A stretch of 30,811 nucleotides of DNA from positions 1 to 30,811 of IMG/VR virus record IMGVR_UViG_3300005804_000121; one strand, 5' to 3'. Shown here piece after piece: positions 1 to 9,900 of the stretch. Each line of letters starts with the position of its first letter. Positions within the stretch are counted from its first letter, which is position 1. The DNA is from a virus (lineage: Duplodnaviria; Caudoviricetes). The position numbers were made by a program, and so were the translations under genes. The notes under the pieces were generated by a model. That model did no database searches. It saw only the letters and a program-made list of their open reading frames with translations, and was not told the origin of the DNA.

Positions 1-480
1 AGATGGGTGCTAGTCTATAACGAAGCCGATGTATTCATCTGCCAGGCAGCCCTGCGCCAGACCCAGCATCCCTTCATCCAGGCTGATATGCAGAACAGCA
101 AGTCACATAAGGAATACCGCCAGGAATACACTCAGATCAAGAAGCTGCAGCGGCTGACCGAACAGCGGACCCGGATGTTCGTCCGCAGCAATCAGGAATC
201 GGTGGATAAGCTGCTCAAAAGCTACGTAAACGAACTCCCAGCCGATAACAACCCCACCTTTATCCAACCAGCCATGATCGAGGCTCCCGCACCGGGTCCG
301 GAAGAGGAGATCGCCAGGCTGGAGCAGATAGTAATCGAGCAGAATCAGGCAGCAGCAACGAACCTGCCAGAGAATACCAACAACGATCAAAATCAAGATG
401 TTATCGAAGGAGCGAGCGAGTTTGATCCCTTCGATGATGAGGAGTTCAAACAAATGCTTAAGACGATCGGAATCAAATAA
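1..480 (+). CDS. C-terminal part of a Mu-type DDE transposase (5' truncated by window edge)
   Basis: Frame is open from base 1 (RWVLVYNEADVFICQA...), resembling the C-terminal beta-barrel of Mu transposases. It lies directly upstream of an AAA ATPase, as in MuA-MuB. The catalytic core is outside the window. Confidence 0.6.
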   Translation, partial: RWVLVYNEADVFICQAALRQTQHPFIQADMQNSKSHKEYRQEYTQIKKLQRLTEQRTRMFVRSNQESVDKLLKSYVNELPADNNPTFIQPAMIEAPAPGPEEEIARLEQIVIEQNQAAATNLPENTNNDQNQDVIEGASEFDPFDDEEFKQMLKTIGIK

Positions 481-490
481 GGAGGATTAG

Positions 491-1210
491 ATGAAGCAAG
501 GTAAACTGGTACCGATCCACAACGTCAAGAAAGCCGATGAGTGCATCGACTTCCTGCTCAAACGACCCCGCCTGGAGATGGTGGGTCTGGGTATGCTGTA
601 TGGCAGACCCGGCCTCGGTAAGACCACCTATGCCAGGCGCATAGCCTGTACTCGTGGCTATGTCTATATCAGACTGGAAGCCACTTCCACACCCAAAACC
701 TTCGCCAAAGAACTGCTGCAGAGCCTATACCTTAACTTCGGAATGGGCGACTATCTGCCAGTCGGACCCTGTAACACACTCTATAAGCAATGTATCCGGC
801 TCTTGCATACGCACGAGGATACGGTCATCATCATAGATGAGATCGACTATGCCTTCCGTTATCCTGAGCTTCTGGGTTCGATCCGGGACTTGGTGGATCA
901 AACCTTGGCAGTGGTGATCCTGGTCGGGATGCAGAATGCCAAGGACAGGCTAAACCAGATCAACGCTTACTACTTCGACCGCTGCAACTTCTTTTACGAG
1001 TTCGAGACCATCAGCAAGGAAGATATCCAACACCTGACCCAGGAGATGATGAACTGCCCCTGCCCGGAGTCTCTGGTCAACTACATCCACTTCAACGCAG
1101 CCGGCAACCTGAGAAAGGCCATCAAGATCATGCACATGATCGAGCTTCGCAGCAAGATGAACCCCATCCAGGCCATGAACGAGATCAACACCAAACTGGG
1201 GGCTTTATGA
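491..1210 (+). CDS. MuB/TniB-like transposition AAA+ ATPase
   Basis: Walker A GRPGLGKT, Walker B IIIDEID, VILVG and GNLR motifs; strong RBS AAGGAGG; follows the transposase. Confidence 0.85.
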   Translation: MKQGKLVPIHNVKKADECIDFLLKRPRLEMVGLGMLYGRPGLGKTTYARRIACTRGYVYIRLEATSTPKTFAKELLQSLYLNFGMGDYLPVGPCNTLYKQCIRLLHTHEDTVIIIDEIDYAFRYPELLGSIRDLVDQTLAVVILVGMQNAKDRLNQINAYYFDRCNFFYEFETISKEDIQHLTQEMMNCPCPESLVNYIHFNAAGNLRKAIKIMHMIELRSKMNPIQAMNEINTKLGAL

Positions 1211-1737
1211 CTTCCAAAGATCTGGTTATCCGCTTCGTCACCTCCAGCAGAAACTTCTTTGTGATAGAGCAGATCATGGAATGCACAGGTCTGTCCCGGC
1301 GAGTAATCAAGCGTGTATTAAATGAACTGGTAGCTGAAAACTGTGTTCGCCAGATCTCGAAACGTGATCCCGTCTATAGCCGGGACTATGAGCACACAGC
1401 CAGAATCAGCACCATCCACTGCACCAACTGGGCTTATAGCATCGAAGACTGCGAGAAGCTGATGTGGTCACTGGAGGACTGTTACATCAGATCTATCAGA
1501 GCAATTGCTGCCAAAATCGGGAGAAGCCGCCAGTGGGTCTTCAAGTATCTGGAGGCTCTGATCTCAGTGGATGCCGTCGGTATCAGAAAGGCTGGATACT
1601 ATGTAACCTGCTACGAGAACATGCACAAGGTTGGCACTGTAATCACTAAAGGCATCATCAGACAGAAACGGATCGAGTGCGGCATCAAACCCCAAAGACG
1701 GCGCAAGAAAACTACTAAAACCGCTAATCACAAGTAA
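1207..1737 (+). CDS. Putative DNA-binding protein with two HTH-like segments
   Basis: HTH-like strings IEQIMECTGLSRRVIKRVLNEL and SIRAIAAKIGRSRQWVFKYL; basic C-terminus; ATGA overlap with the ATPase gene. Confidence 0.6.
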   Translation: MTSKDLVIRFVTSSRNFFVIEQIMECTGLSRRVIKRVLNELVAENCVRQISKRDPVYSRDYEHTARISTIHCTNWAYSIEDCEKLMWSLEDCYIRSIRAIAAKIGRSRQWVFKYLEALISVDAVGIRKAGYYVTCYENMHKVGTVITKGIIRQKRIECGIKPQRRRKKTTKTANHK

Positions 1738-1753
1738 ACAGCGAGGGCATTCT

Positions 1754-2197
1754 ATGACTCAGGAACAGAGAGAACGAAAACTACGTCAACAGATACATGG
1801 CCTCAGGGTCAAGAAATTCCACTGGCCGCTCGATGCCTTCAGGTTCATCATCAAAGACCTGGGCTATGGTGAATCGCTCAGCGCCTTGCCAGAAGATCGC
1901 TTAACTGAGTTGAAGGCACTCCTGCTCAAGTACCGCAAGCACGGCAGACCTCAAGTCTTTACTTTCGACCGCCAGGGCAAGTATATGTTCCATCTCATGA
2001 AAAGTGCAAGCTGGACCGAGTCCGAGCTACGGGCATTCATGATCAACCACTTTTCTAAAACTCACTGGAACCTACTCAACAAAAAGGAGCGCAGAGCTGT
2101 GATCGCAATGCTGCAGAACTACATCAAACAGAATGATAAGAAAGCCAAAGATAATAAGGAGACATCTAATGGACACACCCAAGACCCCCAAGGCTAA
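1754..2197 (+). CDS. Mu gp16/GemA-like (DUF1018-like) protein
   Basis: Two GemA-like repeats (ESLSALPEDRLTELKALL; HWNLLNKKERRAVIAML) in the Mu middle-region position. Confidence 0.55.
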   Translation: MTQEQRERKLRQQIHGLRVKKFHWPLDAFRFIIKDLGYGESLSALPEDRLTELKALLLKYRKHGRPQVFTFDRQGKYMFHLMKSASWTESELRAFMINHFSKTHWNLLNKKERRAVIAMLQNYIKQNDKKAKDNKETSNGHTQDPQG

Positions 2198-2789
2198 GAA
2201 GCCCCTACCCACTCGTATTGACGCTAACGGACAGAGCATCCCCACCTCGATCATCAGACCTGAGATCCTGAAGCAAGATGCCATCGTAACCAAGACCATC
2301 AACCGGGCTATCAAGCTGCATGATCGTATGGTAGCTGACAAGAATCAGTTCTTTGAGGACGTGGAGCTTTACCTTCAGCAGGTAGCCGAAAAGAATGGAC
2401 TGGACTGGAAAGGCAATGCCGTCCTCAACAGCTTTGACGGCAAGTACCGGGTTGAGATCAGGTTCAAGGAACGCATCCAGTTCGGTATCGAACTCCAACT
2501 CGCCAAGCAGAAGATCGATGAGTGCCTGAAGGCCTGGTCTGCTGACTCCAACGTTAATCTCAGAGCCATCATCAGCGAAGCCTTCCAGGTGGATAAGAAA
2601 GGCGAGATCGCCAAGTATCGCATCCTGCGCCTGCGCCGCTACAACATCAAGGATCAAACCTGGAAGGAAGCTATGGAACTCATCGACCAGGCCATCCAAG
2701 TGGTATCCACCAAGCAGTACATCAACTTCTACGAACGTGACGAGTCGGGCCAGTTCCGCCAGATCGTCCTCAACTTCCCTGCTCTGTGA
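2169..2789 (+). CDS. DUF3164-family Mu-like phage protein
   Basis: Characteristic KGNAVLNSFDG, IQFGIELQLAKQKIDECL, AFQVDKKG, WKEAMELI and KQYINFYERD strings. Start moved to ATG 2169, which follows RBS TAAGGAG. Confidence 0.8.
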   Translation: MDTPKTPKAKKPLPTRIDANGQSIPTSIIRPEILKQDAIVTKTINRAIKLHDRMVADKNQFFEDVELYLQQVAEKNGLDWKGNAVLNSFDGKYRVEIRFKERIQFGIELQLAKQKIDECLKAWSADSNVNLRAIISEAFQVDKKGEIAKYRILRLRRYNIKDQTWKEAMELIDQAIQVVSTKQYINFYERDESGQFRQIVLNFPAL

Positions 2790-2793
2790 GAAA

Positions 2794-2820
2794 CAGTGGC
2801 AGCGTAATGCATCTCAATTT
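2794..2820 (+). promoter_or_regulatory. Putative regulator-binding motif, copy 1 (CAGTGGCAGCGTAATGCATCTCAATTT)
   Basis: 19/27 identical, ungapped, to 16272-16298. Both copies are intergenic, in the same orientation and upstream of the first gene of an operon. Confidence 0.5.
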
Positions 2821-2844
2821 GATAAAAGCACAGGAGAATGAATA

Positions 2845-3096
2845 ATGGCACCTATGAATACCAACACTGCAGAGGAACTGAACACGATGAGCATCTTCAA
2901 TGATGAACGCACATACCGCACCGATGAGATAGCCGATATGCTCAAGGTCGACCGCTCAAGCGTCTACCGCTGGATACGTGACATCGGTGATCCTCTGCCT
3001 GCTTTCAGAACTAAAGAAAACGGACAGCTGCGCTGCTCCGGTAAAGACCTCAACCTCTATCTGCTGAAGCACAAGGTACGCCCCGAGTATGAGTAA
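2845..3096 (+). CDS. Excisionase/MerR-like (HTH_17) small DNA-binding protein
   Basis: TYRTDEIADMLKVDRSSVYRWI...LPAFR...GQLR pattern; RBS AGGAG. An alternative start at 2887 is possible. Confidence 0.8.
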   Translation: MAPMNTNTAEELNTMSIFNDERTYRTDEIADMLKVDRSSVYRWIRDIGDPLPAFRTKENGQLRCSGKDLNLYLLKHKVRPEYE

Positions 3097-3538
3097 CAGC
3101 CGTGAGTTCCGCATCAAGCGGGACAACTGCAAAGAAGCCTATTTGAACGGCAAGACCGATCCCTATGAACTGGCGATGATCTTCGGAGTCTCCGATATCA
3201 CCGTTCGCAAGTGGATTAAGTCCGGCAAGTGGGACGAGCTCTTCAAAGAAGAGAACCAACTCGACCACGAGATCGCCATAGCTCGTAAGAAGGCACTCAT
3301 TCAAGCGCTCAGGGAGTATGCCAAGAACCCTGCCGATACTGCCATCCAAAGCCTGGTGAGCATGATGAAGCAGGATCAGAAGGATCGGCAACCCTCCAAA
3401 GAACTGAACGATTATATCGTCAAGTTCCTGGATCAGGTGACTGACTTCATGATCGAAAAAGGGCATGAGACCCTGCTTAAGCAGTTCCAGAGTATTCTGC
3501 ACGATCTGGCGGAATACCTGAGAGTGAGAAATGGTTAA
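3089..3538 (+). CDS. Putative terminase small subunit (N-terminal HTH, DUF1804/Mu gp27-like)
   Basis: KEAYLNG...ELAMIFGVSDITVRKWIKSGKWD HTH followed by a helical region; lies upstream of the large terminase. Confidence 0.65.
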   Translation: MSNSREFRIKRDNCKEAYLNGKTDPYELAMIFGVSDITVRKWIKSGKWDELFKEENQLDHEIAIARKKALIQALREYAKNPADTAIQSLVSMMKQDQKDRQPSKELNDYIVKFLDQVTDFMIEKGHETLLKQFQSILHDLAEYLRVRNG

Positions 3539-3686
3539 CCTTCCTGCATCCTACATAAGGCCTCCCAAGCCTAAACCCATGCCTACAGACCCTCCAAGCC
3601 AACAGCCCGACATGGTCAGTCCTCCGACCTCCGGGTCCCCGACGTCCGTCCCCCTGGGCGTCGGGGGGTTACCCGGTTATGCCTAA
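3531..3686 (+). CDS. 51-aa proline-rich mini-ORF bridging small and large terminase (not in ORF track)
   Basis: MVNLPASYIRPPKPKPMPTDPPSQQPDMVSPPTSGSPTSVPLGVGGLPGYA*. It overlaps the upstream gene by ATGGTTAA and the downstream gene by ATGCCTAA, the same 8-nt geometry as ATGAGTAA at 3089-3096. Confidence 0.5.
   Translation: MVNLPASYIRPPKPKPMPTDPPSQQPDMVSPPTSGSPTSVPLGVGGLPGYA
3631..3676 (+). promoter_or_regulatory. GC-rich hairpin covering the translation initiation region of the large terminase
   Basis: CCGGGT-CCCCGACGTCC (loop GTCCCCCT) GGGCGTCGGGG-[GGTT bulge]-ACCCGG; ends 2 nt before ATG 3679. Confidence 0.6.
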
Positions 3687-5238
3687 GAAGTTCATTCAGC
3701 GGCATAACAAGGCACTGACGGAGATCGCAACCAAAACGATCTCCGTTTTGCCTTTTATAGACGATAATCCTGAAGCCAAGGCAGAACGGATAAGACGCAC
3801 CACATCAGAAGGATGGGATGCCTTCTCGTTCTTCTGCCATACCTATTTCCCGCATATCTTCCCACTACCTTTTTGCCCAGCACATGAGACTATGTTCGAT
3901 GAGACTGATAAGGGCTCAGGCATCATCGCCATTACCGGTTTTCGTGGGCTGGGCAAAACGGTTCTTATGGGAGTGGTTTATCCGATTTGGATGATCATCA
4001 AAGGTGAACGCTACGTGATCCATACTGCTGCAGACGTAGATCTGGCACAGGAACGCACAGCCTTTACCTTGCATGAGCTTCAGAACAATAAGCGGCTCAC
4101 AATGGACTATCCCGAGCTGCAGCCTGTGGATTCCTTTGATCTGGACTTCTATCTCAAGAACAAAGCCAGGATCAGAGCCAGGAGTATAAAGCAATCTCAT
4201 AGGGGAACTATCAACCCCAAGACTGCTAAACGTCCCGGGTTGATCGTTTGTGATGATATCGATAAAGAAGAAAACATGGGTAACCAGTCCATCGGTAAGA
4301 GACGCATGGAGAAGATCTCTCAGGAGCTTGCTGGAGCTTTGGCACCTGAGGGTGGTGGTCGGATCATCTGGCTCGGGAACCTGGTACATCCCAATTACTC
4401 CATCTGTCAGTTTCAGGAGCTCATATTAGGCGATTTACAGGCAGATGACTCAGAATTAGACGTTACCTACCAGATTGCATTAAAGACGCACCAAAAGGCG
4501 ATATTGCGCTTCTCACTCGAAGATATGCAGGGTAAGTCCATCTGGGAGGAGCAGTATCCTACAGCCACTCTGCCAAACCTGCGAGCCAAGTTCGGTTATA
4601 CCGGTTATCAGAGGGAGATGCTTGGACAGCCGGTAATTGAAGGTAACATCTTCAAGAACCACTGGTTCACCAAGTATAGAACCCTCCCAGAACCCTCCCA
4701 AATGAAGCGGGTCTGGCTCTATGCCGATCCTGCCTGGGGAGAGAAGGGCTGCTACAAGGCTATCATCTCCATAGGTTATGATGGTAATCGCTTCTATGTA
4801 ATCCATGTATGGATACGTCAGACCGAGAACACTAAGTTCTTTAGATACTACTATGATGCCTATCAGGAATTGGACCGTACTTACAGAGTGAAAGCCAGAG
4901 CTGCCTGTGAAACCACTTACGGTCAGGCTCGTATTCTTGCCGACTTCGACAGGTGGGCTACTGACAGTCATCTTCCACCGATATCGCATCGCATAAAGCG
5001 GATCGATAACAAGGATAACAAGAACCTGCGCATAGAGAGAACTGAGACCATCATCGAGACAGCCAAGGTGCTCTTTCCTGAAGGTCAGGACACACCAACC
5101 CTGATAAGTCAGTTCCTTACCTATCCTGATGGCTATATCGATGGCTGTGATGCCTTGGCTGGCTGTCTGGAACGGTTCTCGGAATACGATATCGGCAGGA
5201 ACAGAGTCAAAGTACGGAGGTTCGTCATTCCATCGTAG
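3679..5238 (+). CDS. Terminase large subunit
   Basis: Walker A-like GFRGLGKT, Walker B IVCDDID, IWLGN coupling motif, YQREMLGQP linker, and RNase H-like nuclease acidic motifs YADPAWG and DGCDAL. Confidence 0.9.
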   Translation: MPKKFIQRHNKALTEIATKTISVLPFIDDNPEAKAERIRRTTSEGWDAFSFFCHTYFPHIFPLPFCPAHETMFDETDKGSGIIAITGFRGLGKTVLMGVVYPIWMIIKGERYVIHTAADVDLAQERTAFTLHELQNNKRLTMDYPELQPVDSFDLDFYLKNKARIRARSIKQSHRGTINPKTAKRPGLIVCDDIDKEENMGNQSIGKRRMEKISQELAGALAPEGGGRIIWLGNLVHPNYSICQFQELILGDLQADDSELDVTYQIALKTHQKAILRFSLEDMQGKSIWEEQYPTATLPNLRAKFGYTGYQREMLGQPVIEGNIFKNHWFTKYRTLPEPSQMKRVWLYADPAWGEKGCYKAIISIGYDGNRFYVIHVWIRQTENTKFFRYYYDAYQELDRTYRVKARAACETTYGQARILADFDRWATDSHLPPISHRIKRIDNKDNKNLRIERTETIIETAKVLFPEGQDTPTLISQFLTYPDGYIDGCDALAGCLERFSEYDIGRNRVKVRRFVIPS

Positions 5239-5250
5239 GATGGAATCCAG
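5223..5250 (+). repeat. Single REP-like palindromic unit CGTCATTCCATCGTAGGATGGAATCCAG
   Basis: Perfect stem ATTCCATC-GTAG-GATGGAAT (5227-5246) inside a GTCATTCC...GGAATCCA frame. The terminase TAG stop lies in the loop. Confidence 0.55.
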
Positions 5251-5252
5251 TT

Positions 5253-6131
5253 ATGACATACTATGATAACCTGATGCTTGAGTACTACCGGGTACTGAAC
5301 AATGCCTGGAAGACCGAGATCAGAGATGCTTCCCGACTTGCGATCCAGATGCTAAGCGATATGCCACGAGCCGAGAAGCTCAACAAGGACTCAATAGATA
5401 AGCTTATGGGTATCATCAATACCCAGTTGGGAGATGACTTCGCTGCACTGGTCAATGAGCCCACCAAGGCGATAATAGACCGCTGTGTGCGGCTGGGACT
5501 GAGAGACACCCAAGTGCAAGCCCCAACCAAGACCAGTATCGGACTCTGGGGCATTGAGGATCAGCATCTGTCCTCCACAATCCAGAAGCAGCAGTTGTTC
5601 TGGATCGGGAATCACTTTGAAGCTGATGTCCGGCAGAACTTCGCAGACACACTCTCCAAAGCCATCGAGCAAGGTTATACCAAAGAGATGCTTGCATATA
5701 CCCTCAAAGACCAGTTCAATGACATCGCCAACCGCTCATCGCACTATTGGCAAGGACTGGCAGAACACACTGCCCTGAGAATACGTGAGTTTGGCAGGCT
5801 GCAAGGTTATAAGAAAGCGAAGGCCAGATACTACAAGCTCGTGGTTATCCTGGATGACCGCACCAGCGACATCTGTCGGGCTCTGGCTGCCCAAGATAAG
5901 ATATATCCCTTAAACGACGCAATCGAAGTGATGGATAACCTGATGGCTCTGGATACGAAGTCCAACAGTCTGGATGATGCCCGGGAGTACATCAAAGCAC
6001 TGGCACCCTGGATCAAAGACGTCCAGATCGAATACGACTCAGAAATGAATCCCGTAGGTGTCTCCGGAGCTCATACTCCGTTTCCACCATTTCATTGGAA
6101 GTGCAGGACGACAACGGAGATTACCAGTTGA
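5253..6131 (+). CDS. MuF / SPP1 gp7-family minor head morphogenesis protein
   Basis: VILDDRTSDICRAL and PPFHWKCRTT motifs; adjacent to terminase. Confidence 0.88.
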   Translation: MTYYDNLMLEYYRVLNNAWKTEIRDASRLAIQMLSDMPRAEKLNKDSIDKLMGIINTQLGDDFAALVNEPTKAIIDRCVRLGLRDTQVQAPTKTSIGLWGIEDQHLSSTIQKQQLFWIGNHFEADVRQNFADTLSKAIEQGYTKEMLAYTLKDQFNDIANRSSHYWQGLAEHTALRIREFGRLQGYKKAKARYYKLVVILDDRTSDICRALAAQDKIYPLNDAIEVMDNLMALDTKSNSLDDAREYIKALAPWIKDVQIEYDSEMNPVGVSGAHTPFPPFHWKCRTTTEITS

Positions 6132-6191
6132 TCCCCCCTTATTGTATCAGGTGCTCCTAAATAATGTTGAAGAAAAAAAACGGTACTGCCA

Positions 6192-6971
6192 TTATCTCAT
6201 TATCTGAAGGTGCTCTTTGAACGAATGGAACATATCTCCAGATTTTTGCCTTAGTTTACGACCCATTTCTGTGCCAGATATCTTCCTTTGCAAATAGGCC
6301 ACCAGATCAGGAAATCTCGATTCGCTGATATAATCCCACTTTGACCCGAATTCTTTTTGGATATTTGCATATATAACAGTATGCTTGAATACTCGGCCTT
6401 TCCGGTCTCCCTTCGAAGCCAGTTCGTTAAATCTATCAATTAAGTATTTTATGTAACCACGCATTTCGTTGTTAGTGCTAATCGTGCCAGCAATTGGAAC
6501 AGAGCCTGTACTGCCTTTCTTTGTGTTTTTAATAATTATGGTATTTCTCTGTGTCCCAGAACCGGGAGAGAGTACCACATTGACATGCTGTGCTTCGATT
6601 TTACCTATATAGCTGTTATACAGACTCAGTGATTTAGATGCTTCATCCGGAGTGATTTCAAGAACTGTCTTATCTTCAAGCAGTTGCTTGTACTGCAAGA
6701 GCAACTCGCAAGTATATTTCTGAACATTCGCATCGATGAGTTTGTGATGTTTCTTACACATGAGGACAAGGTTTTCATACCCATCTCTTGCCTCAGGTGT
6801 TTGGTTTTTATCGTATCTTGGGCCTTTTGGCTTGGCTGCATTAATGTGGCATATATCTCCCAACACAGTTCCATCATTATCAACTATCGCATTATAGCAT
6901 CTCGGGTATGCACAGCGGTTCTTTGAACGTGCGAAAAGAATCTTAACAGTTTTTTGAGTTACTGAACTCAT
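6192..6971 (-). CDS. HNH endonuclease with a possible ORF6C-like C-terminal domain
   Basis: LFARSKNRCAYPRC...ICHINAAKPKGPRY...ENLVLMCKKHHKLID zinc-HNH. The C-terminal IYANIQKEFGSKWDYISESRFPDLVAYL resembles ORF6C (weaker call). Overlaps the R-M gene by 29 bp. Confidence 0.8.
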   Translation of the reverse strand: MSSVTQKTVKILFARSKNRCAYPRCYNAIVDNDGTVLGDICHINAAKPKGPRYDKNQTPEARDGYENLVLMCKKHHKLIDANVQKYTCELLLQYKQLLEDKTVLEITPDEASKSLSLYNSYIGKIEAQHVNVVLSPGSGTQRNTIIIKNTKKGSTGSVPIAGTISTNNEMRGYIKYLIDRFNELASKGDRKGRVFKHTVIYANIQKEFGSKWDYISESRFPDLVAYLQRKISGTEMGRKLRQKSGDMFHSFKEHLQIMR

Positions 6972-9900
6972 AAGCTAAAGCTCCCACAGTCCCTTCCACA
7001 TCGTCATAAATCTCGTCTATTTGTGCTTGTATCTCGATTGTTTTACTTATGGCTGTTATCATCCTGCAGAAATAAATGGGGTTGTCCATAATTCTGCCTT
7101 TGCGGTCTTTTAGATATTTATGAAGCACTTGGTAACCACCAATGTGATAACTCCACACTTCCGTATTTATGCCTTCAAAGTACTTATCCGGATTGATATA
7201 GATGCGTCCTTGAGCCACATCGTAGCTTACCTGTTCCACTCTGTCGTTATCGCTATTACCCTGGTACTTTGCAATAGGAGTGTCCAGTTCGCTGCTTTGC
7301 ATCAGGTGCAAATCTGCTATTGCTTTGCCATATCCTGCCATCTGTTTGAAAAGCTGTGTGTCTTTAGTAAAGGGGATACGGGGAAAGTCTATTTTGAGAT
7401 ACTCAGCATAACGTTCCCGATAGATATTGCTGTACATGATGGAATAGATATAAAAGAAGATGGTTTCTGCTGCGATGCTCTGCTTAGTGAAGTCTGCAAG
7501 CAGTTCCGGTTTGATATTTACCTGTGTTTCCTGTGTAGCAAAGAGGTCATCTGAATGCAGATCAGGATAAAGATACAATGGCAATAACACACCACCACCC
7601 CGATAATACACATTGTTATCAATTATCTTTGATGATATAAAAGCCAAGTTCCATAAATAACCAGAACCTACTACCTGACCCTGTCTTCCCAGTATTAAGC
7701 CCAAATTACTCTCCCTAAAATGCTGCATGACCTCATTTCTCGGCATACTATGGAATCCTCTACACTTGCCTGTATAGTAAGTATATCTGATATCGAAAGG
7801 TCTGTAGAGAATGGGTTTAATATTATCTGAATTTAGCGTTGATTCCTTCAAGTCCTTTTGGGCTAAATCAACTTTCCAATCTCTTGAATCTATGCCCAGT
7901 TCATAGGCCTGCCGTGCGGTCTCAGCATCGAGTTTCGCAAACTGATTGACTGTGTTCAGCATAATTAGTCTATTAAACTGAATAGTCAGGTTATCTCTGG
8001 CTGTTTTGATCCCTGCGCTATTTAGAGGGAAGATATCGTTCACTTTCTCCCAACTGAGATATTGAGTATTATCGTCAGTTAAGGGCTTGAAGAGATAAAA
8101 TGGCTGCTTGGGCTCGATTAACGTATATTCAAAGCTATCAATGCTATTATCATTTAGACAGTCGTATTTGGCGGACCTAAGCCCATACAAATCTCCATGA
8201 TAGAATCTCTTTTCTGCATTGCTGTCTTTTATCATAATTAGGATGGCTACTCCTGTTCTGATATCAAAGACATTCTCGTCTTTACTGCCATCGGGAGCGG
8301 TCTCTTTCTTGGTGCTATTGCCATGCAAATCCAAGACATATATCTGGTCAAAGGTATGCATCAGGCTTTGTCTCATGCCTTTAAAGGTAGCATTATCTAT
8401 GTAGCTGTGGTTGGTCACCATACCCATAATGCCTTTGCCTGCTTTTTGAATCTTCCACTGCGCAAAGCGGATAAACTTCACATAGTCGTCCTGCAGCATT
8501 TTGGGATTCGCTTCTCCCAATGGCATTCCATCCACCTTGTAATAGCTGGTAGCCCCATCTAAATCCTGTTTAAGTAGTTGCTCTGTCCATTCATTGGTAT
8601 TCTCACTATTAACACTATAGGGTGGATTGCCCAGGATCACCAGCACTGGCTCATCCTGTTTGACTTTATTGGCAAGCAGGCATTCCTCTGTAATCTCGTG
8701 AGTAAATGGTGTTTCGATTTGGGCAGGCAAATCCTTTTCCAACGTATTTGACAGATAGAGTTTGAATCTCTCATCCTCAGTCATTTGGTAGCCAAGTTCA
8801 TCCAGCAGATAGCTGATTTTCAGATGTCCTACAGTGTAGGGTGCCATCATCAGTTCCAAAGCATAGAAATGCGGAATGATGTGATGCTTGATCATTTGTT
8901 TGACACTTCCGGAGCCGTACTTGGTTGTATATTCCGGCACTGCCAGTTTGATGGCTTCTGCGGGAAAGGTAAGAGTACCGGCAGCCGGGTCAAGCAGAGT
9001 AACCGCACTGTCAGCCAGTCCGTCTTTGAGGTTGAAATGAGATTTGAGGATGCTGTGGATGGATTTGACGATGTATCGTACCACAGGTTCAGGCGTGTAA
9101 TATACTCCCCGCTTTTCACGCAGGGTCGGGTCGTATTCCGAGAGGAAAGTCTCGTAAAAGTGGATAATGGGGTCGCTGCCTTTTCCTTCTTTGTAATAGG
9201 CATGCAGTATCTTTTTAATGTCAGTAACGCAGAGGATTTCCGCTATATCATCAATCAAAACCTCGAGTGCTGTGGGCGGTTCGTCATACGAGATAAACTT
9301 AAAGATGCTCTTAAGCACTCCGAGGGTATTGGGGATGTACTTGTAAATCAGTTCACGGTTAAACTCGCCCTCAGACTTGATACGGGCAGCAAAGATTCCA
9401 TAAGTGAGAGTTTGGGCATAGAGGTCAGCAAATTGCTCATGGGTCAGTTTATTGATCAGCAGTCGCTTGAAAGAATCATAGAAGCCCAAGAGGACTTTCT
9501 TGCCCTGTCTCTCTTCCTCTGCTAGTTCGATAGCAATAATCTCATCCCGCAGGAAGCGGGTGCGTTTGGCAAGTTCTTTGGCAAGTGATTTGGGGTTATC
9601 TATGGCAGGCAGCGAAAAGGCAAAGTACCGTTCTAAAAGGTAACTGAACTGATCTGCTTGCTCCAGCGGTGGAGTTTTATGCAAAGTAATGGCATTTGAT
9701 GCCCTGCCTATCATAGCCGTGCAAATCATAGTACCGTGCTGATATAGCCTGAACTCATAGAAATTGGTCAGAATAAGATTGGGAAAGACTTTCAGATAAC
9801 GTTTCAACTGGTCGGACGTTTCGATCTGGTCAAGATGTAACACACTTGGAGCTTTGGCTTCGATATATCCTGTTATATGGTTTTTGCCGTCCCATACACG

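Noticed and set aside
3550-3600. Imperfect direct repeat CCTACA...CCTCC(C)AAGCC in the terminase leader as a pac or binding site
   Set aside because: Short, gapped and explainable by the C-rich proline codons; not enough for a separate call.
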